NCBI GenBank assembly: GCA_002633005.1
Contig: NMRA01000137.1
Span: 248,001-312,000, forward strand
Direction of reading: 5' to 3'
Source: Phoronis australis
Taxonomy: Eukaryota; Animalia; Phoronida
Length of the DNA: 64,000 bases
The notes under the pieces were generated by a model. It was not told where the DNA came from. It saw only the letters and a program-made list of their open reading frames with translations, and did not search any database. Positions 25,179 to 38,390 of this stretch are shown here, piece by piece (the first letter of the stretch is position 1; each line of letters begins with the position of its first letter). Both the position numbers and the translations under genes were made by a program.

Positions 25179-25383
25179 TTAACACACATGGAGAGCATGA
25201 TATCAATGGGTTAGTTTGGTTCGATAACTAACGCCATCTAGGTACGATGAGTCTAGCGGTTCTTCATCAGTCTTCCGTGTTTGCTTCCGCTGCCATTGGG
25301 CGCAGCAACCTGGCAAAAATGGCATCTCATGACTAGTCACACAAAAAGCAGGAGAATTTTTACAACTCTTTCAGAACTTGGAA

Positions 25384-28300
25384 TAGTCTAGTCATTCTCT
25401 AGATGATCCGGAAATAGTTGCAACAGAAGGTTTTATTGCATGAATCGTATCCTCTCACACCCCTTAGTGTCAAAAAGTGTCGGAAGTTGGTTTTTCAAGA
25501 TGACGGACAAAATGGCCGCCAGCTTTGCATACTCGAGTGTGGAATGTGATTGAGTAAATATTAAAAAAAATTTACCTATCTTTTGATGGTCAACAAATCC
25601 TTGGAAATAGTTTTGCATGTCTGCGATGACACCAACCGCCATAACTACTTCGACTCCCACAACTTTACACGAACAGATTAATGTGTCATCTTCATTTAAA
25701 CATTGCAACATAGGTTTTCTGGTTCGACTAATCCATTGAAACTCATTGCGTTTGGCTCTAATGATCACTTCCGCCATTTTCTGAGATGGCCACCAAATAG
25801 TTGCTCCATGAAAGAGCTTCAGATTCCAGAGGTACGCCATCTTCACAGTTAAAATTATTTCTGTGTGGCTACGACTACCGATTGTTAAACAAATAATAAC
25901 TTATTTGGATGAAAACCATCAGGTTCGCCATTCTCCTGAAAAATGTGCTGTATCAAAAATAATTCTCTGCGATTAATTTTGTGATCTACTATCTACACCA
26001 ATTGACCGTCTGTGTAAATGCGAGGGAACCAACACACAGCTCAAAGTTCAAAAGGCGTGATAAACTTTCACTGTTGTCTTTTGCATCTGTCAGTAAACGC
26101 CGAAGTAGTAGTTGTGGATCCACTTGTATAAAATCACTATTGTCAATATGAACTGTTGGACTTGTCATTGCTACAGCCTTGTATTTCTTTCTGAATGTGA
26201 AGTCTTTCACACTCGACCCCTCCATAGAGAAAAAAATCGCTTTCCCCGCTTCTCTGGCATTTTCGACATTGACGCGTGTGCCTTCAGTCACACCAGTGGC
26301 GATGTTCTGTAAGGTTTCCCTTTCAAATGGGTTTCTGGTGTGGAGAAATTCAACAAGGCTGAGGATGTCTTTGTCATCCCGTGTTGTCTTGCCAGGGTAC
26401 ATTCGTTATGCTGCTCACTTGTTTCACAACTCAAGTTTGTCACACTCTGCTTGGCATCATTTATACTTGAGCATGCCGACAAGGAAGGCTGCCACCCTAT
26501 CTGCGATCTCTGGCTAAATTCCCCCTGTTGATTTAATGGTTTTCATGAGCGTTTGTTCAATTACAAGGTCAGATGACAAGCCTGCCCAGAATCTGTCACT
26601 TCGTCTTATGGCATGGTGGCCATTAATAATGGTGCGTGCTGTAGATGTCAGGTTTGGTGTCTTTGAGTTGCTGCATCTGTTGCAGGTATATTTATGCAGA
26701 TTTTGCATGTAAGTTGTGACCAGCAACTGCAAAATAAGGTAGCATTTCAGAAACTGTTTTTAGGTGAAGTTCGCAATCTGACGTTGTTTCTGCTTTTAGA
26801 AAAGGTCGAAGGATATCCACTATCTTCATATACTGTAACCAGAGACTGCTGGCTCGTCTTTGCGAGGACAAGTCTGGTTTATGTGCTTCTGTTTTTATGG
26901 ATTCCTACAAAACACTCCGACAAGCCTAGATCGCCGAACATAGACGTCACGCCAGCAACATGATCATCAAACACCTTCAGACCGCCTTTCAAATCATCAT
27001 AAAGTAAATAAGTGGCCATTGATTCTTCTGACGAACCATTTTCTGTCACTGCGAATTCTGATGACCTATACTCTGATTAAGTGGTGTTTGAATATATCAG
27101 TGGCAGTTTGTCGGAAGCCAGAAAGTGAACTCTCGTGAGGGTATTCCACTGCAATCCAAGGTTCAGGATAGGAAGAAACTGCCTGTGCATTGCATTTCCC
27201 AGAGAATACACCTCTAGTTATGTGATCAGTTGGGATGTCTGAAGAATCTGACTCCATATATTCTGACGAGCCAACGTTTGTGTACAAGCCTTGAATTGCT
27301 CCACCTCTTGGCACAGAATCTGTGTTCTGTGTTGCTGACATTCAGGACTCCTGGAATTTCTGAAGAACCCGAACTTCTTTCTTCAAATCCTGAAGTCGTT
27401 GGTTCTGGATTGGCCTAGCCCGATCTGTGAATATTTGGAAGTGGGATGTTGAATGCTCTGGCTGTTATGATAGCATTCAATACTGAGTCTACCAAAACAT
27501 GCCTTCTCACTGCTCTATCCACATGTTTTCCGTTTAACATTTAGCATACACTGTCCCAAGAACTTCTTGAAGCCTGGTGCCTGACAATACACATCCAATA
27601 CATCCCATAAAGCTCATCTCAGAATGAAATCCGCCAAGACTGGCTAAGACCAAGTGACTGCAGATCACTGTCGTTTGGTTTGCTGTCACTAATTTCCTCT
27701 AAATTCAGTTACCTATGTTCATAAAAAGCATGCATATTAAACAAATTGTGAGTTCTAAATGTTAAACATTTAATTGCTAACTTTTTGTTAGACAAATTTA
27801 TTTACTTTTCATCAAATTCAGGTGAAATTAGTAGCCGCATTCTCCACTCAAGTCAGTAGCAGACGAAATTTTTGCATGGGAACAACTAACAATATCTCCA
27901 ATAGCAGAGACCAAAGCCACTTTCTTCCCAATGTGATTCAGGGTTTGTGTAATGAATAAGCCAATAATTCCACCAGAATTACGTATTGTTCTAACAAATA
28001 TCATTTTTGACACCTCAGATAAATATATTTGATTGAAAAATAATGCAGTGCATGAAATTAATTATGAAAATTTAACTAAAGCCTTTTCTGAAAAAACACC
28101 ATTTTTATGTTAAATAATCTAAAATGTGATTAAAATTTCACATTTAGTATTTAAATCTTATAAACAAATTTCATAATCAATCAACTCATTAATCATGACT
28201 GTAGATTTTAAAATATTTGTGTGTAAACGCTTAATCAGTTTACAAACAAAGTTTCAGAATGCACATTGCGGTAAATTGGGGTTTTGTGAGTTCGCGGCCA

Positions 28301-28763
28301 TTATGTCAGCCATCTTGATTTTTTCTCTCTATCCAGTGACCATCTGTAAGGTCTAGATATTTTCAATTGTCTAATTTACAAAAGCATAGAAATTTTTCCA
28401 CTTTCAGTGCTAAATTTAAAAAGAAATTTTGCAACATGAACCAAATTGCCGTTTCGGCCGCCATTTTTTTTCGGCCATATTGGTTTTATTTTACGGAAAA
28501 TTGGCATCTTTTGATTTGTATGCCCCTGATAAAAAGTATATAATCAATGACAATTCCAGCTGTTACATGCCAGAAAGCAGTAACCACCGGTTTTGTCGGC
28601 CATTTTTTTCTGCCTTCTTGAAAAACCGACTTCCGCCACTCTGATTTCGGTAGACTTTTTTCTGGCTCCAAGGAATGTTTGAAGATGCCATTTATTTGCG
28701 AAAAAACTTCTGTTGTATTTTTTTCTAGGTTGGGCCTTCTGGAGTCCTAGAATGACTGGACTA
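25384..28763 (-). mobile_element. Academ DNA transposon, internally deleted and decayed
   Basis: TIRs TAGTCTAGTCATTCT / AGAATGACTGGACTA (14/15 match), 3-bp TSD GAA, and a transposase relic inside. TAG..CTA ends with 3-4-bp TSDs are typical of Academ. Confidence 0.8.
25989..27660 (-). pseudogene. Academ transposase relic
   Basis: Frameshifted motifs in order: LGGFHSEMSFMGCIG..SGTRLQEVLGTVYA, MLNGKHVDRAVRRHVLVDSVL, HAIRRSDRFWAGLSSDLVIEQTLMKTIKSTGGI, RNPFERETLQNIATGV..VNVENAREAG, VDPQLLLRRL..FEL. Confidence 0.8.
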
Positions 28764-29504
28764 GAAAGTCACATATTACACCAAAGTGTCTGAATGTACC
28801 TTGAAACTTGGTATTCCATTCCAACTTTTAGGGACCAGGACCTTCCCTTTCCATTATCAAAATGCATTGGCGCAAACATATCCAGTAATGACATAAATCT
28901 TGCCTGGGTGGACCCTCCCTATAATCACTCCCGAGATGTTGCTAGTTCCGCACCACCAACATGAGTGTTTAGACTTAGTGGCGGCTGCATGGACCAGCAG
29001 AATCGCTAAATACATACGTCAGGGGTTCCCACAACCGCGTTCTTGAGTATATATGGCAATATTTTGATGGCACAAAACACTTTTTCTACCAGTACAACTT
29101 TTTAGGTGCTATACTGTTCTGGAAGCTCTTAAGGACGTATCTGAAGTGTAAAATGGCTTTCATTACAATTTCATAACATCGCATATATACTGGAAATACA
29201 TTACGGCGTTTTCCCTTTGCTCCCAACTTGTTCGATTCTATAGCCCCAACAACAAGTTGGGAACATCACCCCTGTAGCCAATATCTAACACGACTGATTA
29301 ACTCCATTCTGGCATTTATGGTTGGATAATTGCTTTAATCTCCGATCAGATCGTATCTAGCCTGACTGGGTTGTGCTGGTAAAAGTGAAAGTTAAGTTAT
29401 AACACATTTGAACATAAACCAATATCATTTCTGAATTCCTTGTCAAATGCTGATCATGTTTAGTTTTTGAATCACCAAAATCGCCCAACTTCAACAGAAG
29501 TTAA

Positions 29505-31154
29505 AGAAGAATGCCACCCGATTTAATTAGTCTTTTTTGCCGTCTTAATCGGTATATATACACATCACCTCGCAAACGGTCGACCTTACCTTGCCGAGAG
29601 GTGTCGCGTTAACCGGTGAGGAAGGTGAGAAACGACGCAGCGACGTCAGTGGTTCATTTGCAGAAGGAAAAAAATAGCTGCTATGCTGCGGTGCATCGTT
29701 CCCACTTGTTCGAATCATGCAGCTGCGAGGAAAGCGGGTATATCGTTTTTTTCGACTTCCTCCAGAGTCCGAAATGCTTAGGAAGTGGCTCGCGGTAGTG
29801 AAGAATGAAAAGTACGCTGTAAATAGCAAGTATGAGGCTATGGGACTTCTCCGTGTCTATGGCCTGCAGTCGTCGATAGTGCCTGACGAATGCCGGCTTA
29901 CCAGATACCTATCCATAAGTTCCGTTGTCTGAGCTTGTTCACGGCGCCTCTCTAGTATTTGTTCATCACTGTATTCCTGTTCGAACTGATAGCCTGTGAA
30001 ATTAACGATCCACCTGCGAAGTCTTCGTCGGTGTGAGCTCTCGTCTAAGTCGGGATTGCGAGTTGCCATGTTGACGTTCTGTTTCAAAATCAATTATTCT
30101 CACCCTAACCAATACTTATATAAAACTGAAACAAAGCCTGTCTCATTAGATGCAATTTGTAATGTCTTTGGAGTGTTCGTGATTGCAAATGATTTGAGAA
30201 GCCAGCAATGAATAAATCACTGCGTTACCGGCTTTGGGTGCAATAAAACTAATTGACGGGACACCGAGGCCGTGTGAGCTCATGCTAATTTAGTGTTTGC
30301 TGACAGAAACTGTTGTGAAGCAACTCGATTTCTATCCCACGGACAGGTGTTAGGGGAATCTTTATTTACATTTACAATACTCAAATAATGATTGTCATTG
30401 TACAACTTCTGCCCTGGCGGTTCTGTGGCCAAAGCGGAACCTGAATTCGCGGCCCCCCGACGAGTAAGGAGATTTGCAGTGGCTAATTCACCAACATAAT
30501 CACGTGCACATTACTTTTCTTCACTAGTATAGTATTTTCTTGATTGGAAGTTTAATTTCCAACTTTGGCTGGTTTATGTTCGTGATGTCTGATCGGTTTC
30601 CGAGCCACAGGCCGGAATAACGAGTCAATCTGGCCACGACGGCCTGATCGGGCTCCGAGCCACTGGCCAAGATAACAAGCGTTTTGTGTGTTTAGAACTA
30701 AAAAAATCACAAGTCTAAACAATGCAGATCTAGGTTCTCCTGTCTGTATCTCACGGAAAAAATACTTCGAATTTATCTCCGAACAGACCCCAAACTCCTG
30801 CTACGTACCTTACTGGCCTGCCGAACTACGGTGTGTCCAAATACCAATAAATCCGTAACAGCGAAATAAAACAACATTTTTTCATAAGAAGTCGGAGTAT
30901 TTTTAAGGGTTTTACATCGAAGTTTGATGATTTATTGGTGGTAAACGATGAACTCAAGCGTTAAGCTGACATCAGTAACCCGTGTTGTGAACTGCTGAAC
31001 AGACTGCGTGTGAAACCAATTACGTCACTGGATAATTTCAACACCTCCGTCTGCCGTCAGGTGTCAGGTAACGCAACCGTACGTGCCGTTATTGAGTAGA
31101 ACTACTCGATCTAAATTGATACAAATTAGGTTGGTTTTTGGGTGGCATGCTCCT
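29505..31154 (+). mobile_element. Non-autonomous Kolobok element, family 1, copy B
   Basis: TTAA|AGAAGAATGCCACCC ... GGGTGGCATGCTCCT|TTAA. THAP remnant on the plus strand (MLRCIVPTCSN..FFRLPPESEMLRKWLAVVK) and a 'GYQFEQEYSDEQILERRR' remnant on the minus strand. Confidence 0.88.
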
Positions 31155-32532
31155 TTAAGACAATCTGCCAGGTTTCAGTAACCGTTTGAAGCCTTGTAGA
31201 TAATTGGCCTGCTTGTTGTCATACGGAACAAAAGACTGTGCTGGGCAGTTAACAAAGGAGCCAGATGTTACCACACGTTCAGAACCCCTAAAGTCTGCAA
31301 AAGTTGCACAGAATGCCGTCATGAGTACTGAGTTTTTATTCTAGAAAAAGACTTTAATAGAAGTGAAAACTTAGTATGAAGGATGAGGATAATCATTCCA
31401 ATTTTCGTCAGTCTAGAAATTAACTGCCACCTCATCCCTGCACATTTTGCAATAGTAACTGGTGTTTTGGTACTGTGTGCTTACATCCTTCGCAAGAAGG
31501 GACGTACGACGAAGCACTAGGGCCAAATGAAATAATAAAAATCGGCAATTATCTCGTTATGTTAAAAACCGAAAGGAAAATAATAGAACGTCTTGTCTCA
31601 GTCACGAGTGCACACACACGCTAGGTTTCGCTGCGGTCCATGAAACAACAATGTCAGCCACTGGTCGACCAATGAGATTTCGCTACGAGATTTGTCTCCC
31701 TCCCTACCTTCTCCGCTTTCACGATAATAGTGCCAGAAAATAAATGAAACGTTGATTAAGGATTGACATCAAAATGTATAAAGTTAAAGTATATGATATC
31801 AAAGAGTTGATAATCGAGCATAAATGGCCAACGAGGTCAAGCACCATTCAAAAGAGTACTTTCCTAGAAAGCCTGTCCTTTTGAGATATTTTTGTCGAAT
31901 GATGTACAAAGTGAACCTACGTGTTCGGTTTGCTGTTGAATTATCTTTTTAAGAGACGCTTCTCCCAGTACGCCAATCGTTCGTGAGGCGCTTGCGACGA
32001 GATTTCTTTGAAATAGTTTCTTACCTAAAGCTTTTTGTAATAATTCAACATTCCCGAATCACCGATTAATCATCCCTTTACCATTCAGTGTGAATTGGCA
32101 TCCAACCTATTCAATATTTGTTGTGGTTTCTCACTGGCAAATCACTTGTTATCTTATCTTTCTGTTGTGCTCCTAAGTTATCGCATCTATGTTAAGAAAA
32201 TGTGATACCACGGGCGCACCCAAATGAGCCCCCAATTTGACGAATTGGGCAAACAAAAGTCCGAGTAAAGGAGACAAAAATTCACAAAATCCACGGGAAG
32301 TCAGCGCGGACGCACGGTTCGTGGGCCTGAAAAAGATGGTCCCGTATTCGAAATGACCTTTTATTCAACGTAAGGGATATGATAAATGACGATGCAAAAT
32401 TGGATAAGGTTGCAAAATGCTAAGCCCAATTTTCGACTTTTCCGGCATGAAGTTAGGGAGTATCGCAACCTAAGAAAAAGTATTTGTTATTCTAAATTCA
32501 TGCCTGAGCGTTTCCAAATAAGGTTCTCCTAT

Positions 32533-32588
32533 TTTGCAGTAAGCATGTAAAACTATATTTTAATATAGTTTTACATGCTTACTGCAAA
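32533..32588. repeat. Perfect 27-bp inverted repeat with a 2-nt spacer
   Basis: tttgcagtaagcatgtaaaactatatt-tt-aatatagttttacatgcttactgcaaa. Confidence 0.95.
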
Positions 32589-35420
32589 TTAAAATTTGCT
32601 TGATTGAATTGCATTGTTGGTTTCTGCAGTTGTACATTTTGGTTGATGAAATAAACTTCTCAAAGCTATATCAGTTTGCTACTATGAACAATGAAGCCTT
32701 GAGCTTGCTAGCGAGACGCTTGCCTTTCATTTACGAAGGTTTACGTGATTTTGCGGCTTGATCTCGCTAAACTCGCCTTGAGGAACGCACCCGACAAACT
32801 TACAGAGCGTCATCCATGTTTGACTCTCACGGCTCAGTCTTTTACTGGAGTCTTTCATAAACGCATTGTGAAAAATAGGAGATCTCAGTATTTATGCATT
32901 TGTTAGTGAACAACTTTGATGGCAACTTTAATCACCACTCTATGAGCACCTTGGTGACATAAATGTATTTCTATATATATAAAGACAGAGATTGGCTATC
33001 ACGTAACTTTGTATACATTTAGCAGGTCGGATATTTTATTGTGTGTACCTGAGTGTTCGTGCAAGCCTGGCTGTGGACAAAAGATTTTAACTTAGTAAAC
33101 TTTTAGGCGATTTTGATATGGGGCTACATGAACCGCGTGTTGCTTTGGCTGTTTATAGTAGAATGTGCGATCTCTCTTTATATCTGGGTACAAAATTAAC
33201 CAATACATAAGTGACACACATGTATGTTAGGCGCGATCGTTGAAATGACATCATTGTGAAGTTCTTTAAAAGCGTGAGAGAATTTTATCATTCATCGCGA
33301 TTAATTGCGGCAGTCTGTTGGCATTGTCTGATTTTCTTCCTTCCCGTTGTGTAAGAGGCTGGTGTGCTGTATTCACTACTTCCTATGTACGGCAATAGAT
33401 GACAGTTTAGTGATTTTCATTCGGACGTCCGGCTCTTTTCAACAAACGTTGACACGCAGAGGTTCAAAGATCCATGGTAGTTCAGTCACCAGCTTATATA
33501 AGCATCGATGTCCAATAAGATTAACTGGACATTCCACTCAGTTTCACGTGTTATTGACCTGTACATGGACTTATGGGACAAGCCGCGGACATCATTTCAG
33601 GAAAATGTTACAAATTAATTATTTTATTGGCTGCTGAATTGCACACGTAATGACTCCATTCTAGGCGCAGCCAGACTGTTTTTATGAATCGTTTAATCAA
33701 CGTTTTTTGTAGCCAATGAAGGAGCTAACCGAGATAAAGAGAGCGTGACTGGATGTCATATGTGCTACTTAATTTGGCGAAGTCTCGCTGTAGACGAATC
33801 AAAACTGATTTACATGTCGTTGAGACAAATCAGTTACGTTTGCAGACTAGAACTAGAACGATTCCATAGAACAAATAACTTATTTTTAACACCAGTTAAA
33901 CAGTTCTCTCAACTTACCATATATTAGTCTGTTTGGGTAACAACATCATTAAAGAGTCTCAGTAAGACAAGTCGTGGTCACGGGTCCATGATGACAGACA
34001 ATTTATAAGTGAATCATTTTTGCAACAATATTAAAGTTTCTCCGTTTGTGTAGCCAATATTTTCCCTTAAAACAATGATTAATTGTCCACGAGTAAATCA
34101 ATATAGAATAAAAAATGATAAAAGAGGTAAAAACCCAATCAGTTGCAAGTAATTTCAGAACATTACAATCCTTTATTGGCGAAATAACGCAGTTTCTGGG
34201 AAAACTAAAATGTAGCAATCCCTAATGTATGGCCATCATTTTATAGGCGAATATAAGAAAGACCATGCCAGTCTTTACTGTTGTTGCATTTTCGGAGTGT
34301 CATGTCAGCCATGCAATATGATGAAGAGTGTCGAGAGTTGTAAAATATGGATTCTAGCGAAAATTTGAAAATACATCGATCCTGAATACATATGTATCTG
34401 TATGTGTATGTACTTTATCATTATAGTGAAATGTGTGCAGTGTACAACCATTAATTTCGAACATTGTGGGAAGACACTGTAATTAAAATTGACGTCTCCA
34501 GCCACAATGGGCTCATAAGTCAAGTTGAAAACATTCCGAGCAAAATTCCAACAAAAAGGCAATCTTAGAGTTAATATTTTCTTCGTTCTAAAGCACAAGT
34601 TGCAGGGAGGTCTCACCGCACTTCCATCTCAAGTCAGGACGAAACCTCATTTGAAAACGAAATGATTTTCGTCCTCACTTGAAGTTTTCACATTCTATCA
34701 CGTATAAAAGTTCCTCGAAACCACAAATGATAGATATAAGGCAAATACAATAGTTCTGCTTTAATAAATTTTACAATCGAAACTTAGGTGTTTCGTGAAT
34801 GACGGTAATCCAGAACAGATCGTCTCTTCTCGCGTAGGCTCCATTTAATTTTTAATCTTCATCTGCCTATCCTATAACAATAACAACATATTTGCTGTTG
34901 GTTTACTTTTCTTCACATATGCGCCTTTATAACCCCTTCCTGAATCACATTTTCTTACTAAAATACGTTTGTCAACTCTGCTTGGATTCATTAAAAGTAA
35001 GCGATTACACAGGCGAAATATATTTTTATGCTGCTTGCATTCAGCAGTCGCCTAACATGTGTCGCCGTACAAAATAGGACTGACAACTAACTAAAATAAC
35101 CCAGAGCTAGAGTACGCACATGTTCACCTGCTATACTTACAATATCGATGGAAGACATCCGGCTACCTTGGCGTACATGGCATCTGATGACACAAAATAC
35201 AGATATAGGAACGCACTATTTTAGCGGAAATTTTCGCGCCCGATAGCCCTAGGGCTGTTTCTTTTGTCTTTTGAATGATAATCAGTCTACTGATGGTTGC
35301 CGCTGTTTGAAGAAATCAAGCTAGGGACAAAAGTTAGAAAATATTCCTATAGCTCTATGTCAAAAGACAAACCTATGTAGCCTGCGCGGGAGAACACTCA
35401 AAGCTAAAGACTAAAGAAAA

Positions 35421-36132
35421 AATTAACTTTTGTTTATCTAGTACAATATTTTGCTGATGCGGTATTTCGAGCTAAGTTTGGTAAGTTAGAAAAAATAGAT
35501 TGTCGTTGAGATATTAATTGTAAGATAAAGTAATAGTGTGCAAATCTAATGGTATCATATTTGTATAAAAATCATATGTGTATAAAAATAGTTTTTCTAA
35601 CATAACAAAGATGAGAGATAAAAACAGTCACAGACATGCACGAAATGGAGACTCTAAAATATCCCATGGAAAGATGGAATAAACCTTCACCAGTATAAAA
35701 TATTATGAAACGGGGGGAGGAGTAAAAGGCGGGAAAACAAGTTTTGAAGACCGAGCAGAAACACGACTCAACTCTCTGAGTTCAGAGAAGCTTTTGAAGT
35801 TCAGTGAACCCTCCAGATGGAAAAAAGAACTATTTTTGACATTTATTTAGGAATAGATCACAGTGACGATGTACACGAACACAAGCAACTGCAAAATGAT
35901 GGACGGAAGAAAATATCCTCTGTAAGTAGATTACATTGAAATTAAATTTCGTTTATCTAGGACAGTATTTTGCTGATGCGGTGGTTCGAGCTAAGTTTGG
36001 TAAGTTAAAAATAGAACGTGGTTGAGATGTGTATTGTAAGATAAAATAATAATATACAAAACTAGTAGTATAATAGGTATAAAGTATTTCCTTTTTTTTC
36101 AAATATAACAAAGATGAGCGACAAAAAAGTCA
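35421..36132 (+). repeat. Diverged ~200-bp direct repeat pair (35421-35630 and 35941-36132)
   Basis: Shared gtttatctag..tattttgctgatgcggt..ttcgagctaagtttggtaagtta..taagataaa..taacaaagatgag blocks about 520 bp apart. Confidence 0.85.
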
Positions 36133-38039
36133 AATGCTGAAAGCACCACCTGTCCTTACTCACCCTGGCCAACCCGCGATCTAGAACGACCCGAAGGCGA
36201 TCGAGAAGGAAATTTGGCGCGAGAAGCGAAGCCAGGCAAGGTGAGTGAATTTGATGAATTTTCGTTTTTTTTACTTCCAACATGACTTCAAGGTGTAACA
36301 CAATTAGGAAGGGCAGGTAAAGGTTTAGGATGGTGTCTCTCCCAATTATAGGAGATAAGTTACGTTGACCGAGGCATCGCTTAAGCCGAAGGTGATTTGA
36401 ATGTCATTTTTGGCACTAAATCAATAAATTGACCATGGAGTTATGAATAAATTACGTGTGAAAATATGACGCAACGCTTACTTTTTGTAGTTTTGTCAGG
36501 ATCTCTGATTTTTCGACGCTTTAATGTTGAAAGATGCGATCGAGAACGCAACGATATAAGCGATGGGGAACTTAAATGTGTGTTTGTTTATGCGATCAGG
36601 AACGCATTGTGGTGTGTCGAACAGTAATGAACGTTTTACTAATATAACGTAGCAAAGGTTACAAAATAAGTGTGGTGCAATGATTTAATCACATTTTGTG
36701 TCGTTACTGTGTTACTTTACAACATAGCATATTTCCATTAAATTGCCATGAGCACTACATGTATATCAAGCATAATTCAAGTTTAGTTTCACAAACGAAT
36801 TTATTCTCATTTCAGGAAACAAGTTCACTGGCGAGCTTCAACGAACATGTTACCCACGACGTGAAGGTACACCTGACCAGTGTTTTGAAAAGTACAGGCC
36901 AAACATCTACTTTTAGACCAAACCACTGAGAACAAGAGTTTCTAAACTGAAGACTCACCCAGGAGTTGTTACATGTGGCCTGTCAGTCAGGGGTAAACAA
37001 ATTGTTGCAGCACCGTGATGAAAGCGAGTGTAGAATCTTCTTGTAAAATTGTGACAGCAAAAGGAAAAAAACAAATAGTCAGTGAAGTCAAAGAATGATG
37101 ATGAGGTGGCCCATGGGGAGAGAGGGGAGTGCGGCAACACTTCTCGAGATGATTCAAAGATTCTCACGTATAAACGTCTGTGATAAAAAATTGGCCAGAT
37201 GTTGTTTAAACTGGTGTGCTGATAAAACGAGTGGGATTTTACTTGATGTTTTACTGATAACATCAATACAGACATGAACAGATTGACTTGGGGCACGTTG
37301 TGTTTGACTCTTCTGTTTTGTAGTATTGGTCCTAAGTTCACCTGCATCATCAGTTCATGATCGCGAGTTTAATTTGACATTGAAAAAGATTGAGAGTTAT
37401 AATACACATACTATATTGTGATTTTCTCAAAACGTAGTCAACCTGTTGTCATTTACGTCACTTCAACTACACACTGTAGTGATTTACACAGGAAATCAAC
37501 AATATTAAAGCATTTCTATTATAATATTAATCTTTTAACACACATACCTCAAAATTGGTCTTAAAAATATATATAAATTTATTTATAGGGAAATCAACAA
37601 AACAAACCCATTGAACATTTCCAACGAATTACTTTTGGAATGACTAAATCATCACTGAATCATAGACAATGTATTTAGGACTGATTGATAGTATAACAGT
37701 CTCTCTCAGGAAATCAACTACAATATGAAAGCAATTTCTTCAATAATCATAGACGTTTATTTTCATTCAAAATACTCATTGGTCAGAACAATTGTATGTA
37801 AGTATTGCCCATTGTCACTTAGTGTGGCAATTTATATCTACCTAAACACTACAAAAATGTACTGGTTCTGTTAAAGATCCTTTTGAAATAACACAAATAT
37901 AGAAAGAAACTTGAGGAAAAAAGGTTCAAAACAAAACGTCAAAATACTATCACATCAGACAACTATCAACCACAGACTTTGTAAATCTGAATAAACTATA
38001 GTGACTTAATAACCTTCAGCACTGAACTTAATGATTTCA

Positions 38040-38390
38040 TTCATGACGTTTCTGCTTGCTATGCCTGTACAAGGAGGCATACTGTTTGCATGACATGCCA
38101 CATTCACAACAAAAAGGAGTGTCATCGTGCTGTGACGCAGTGTTGCATCACGCTTACTCTTTCCGTGAAAAGTTGATCACAGATAGGGCACTGCATCGAC
38201 TTGGTTCCTGAGCACGATGCTTCGTGTTGTGTTTTACTATATTGGTAAAAATCTCTTGACGCATGCAATGTGTCAATCACAGGGCTGGTAAAGATCTTGC
38301 TTTGTTCAAGTAGCGTCTCTGTATTTTATTGCCATGTGGTCATACTAAGTCGATTTCTTCGTTCCTGAACGAGGCTCCACAACACACACA
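38040..38390 (-). pseudogene. Decayed multi-C2H2 zinc-finger coding relic
   Basis: Minus-strand frames give 'MQCPICDQLFTERVSVMQHCVT', then after a frameshift 'HDDTPFCCECGMSCKQYASLYRHSKQKRH', with a 'CGASFR..DHM' remnant upstream. Confidence 0.55.

Noticed and set aside
25201-25275. Minus-strand CTGATGA...GAAC as a hammerhead ribozyme
   Set aside because: The GAAA core is broken and there are no convincing stems.
29221-29262. 12-bp hairpin tcccaacttgtt / aacaagttggga
   Set aside because: Isolated, with a stem too short for a pre-miRNA and no supporting context.
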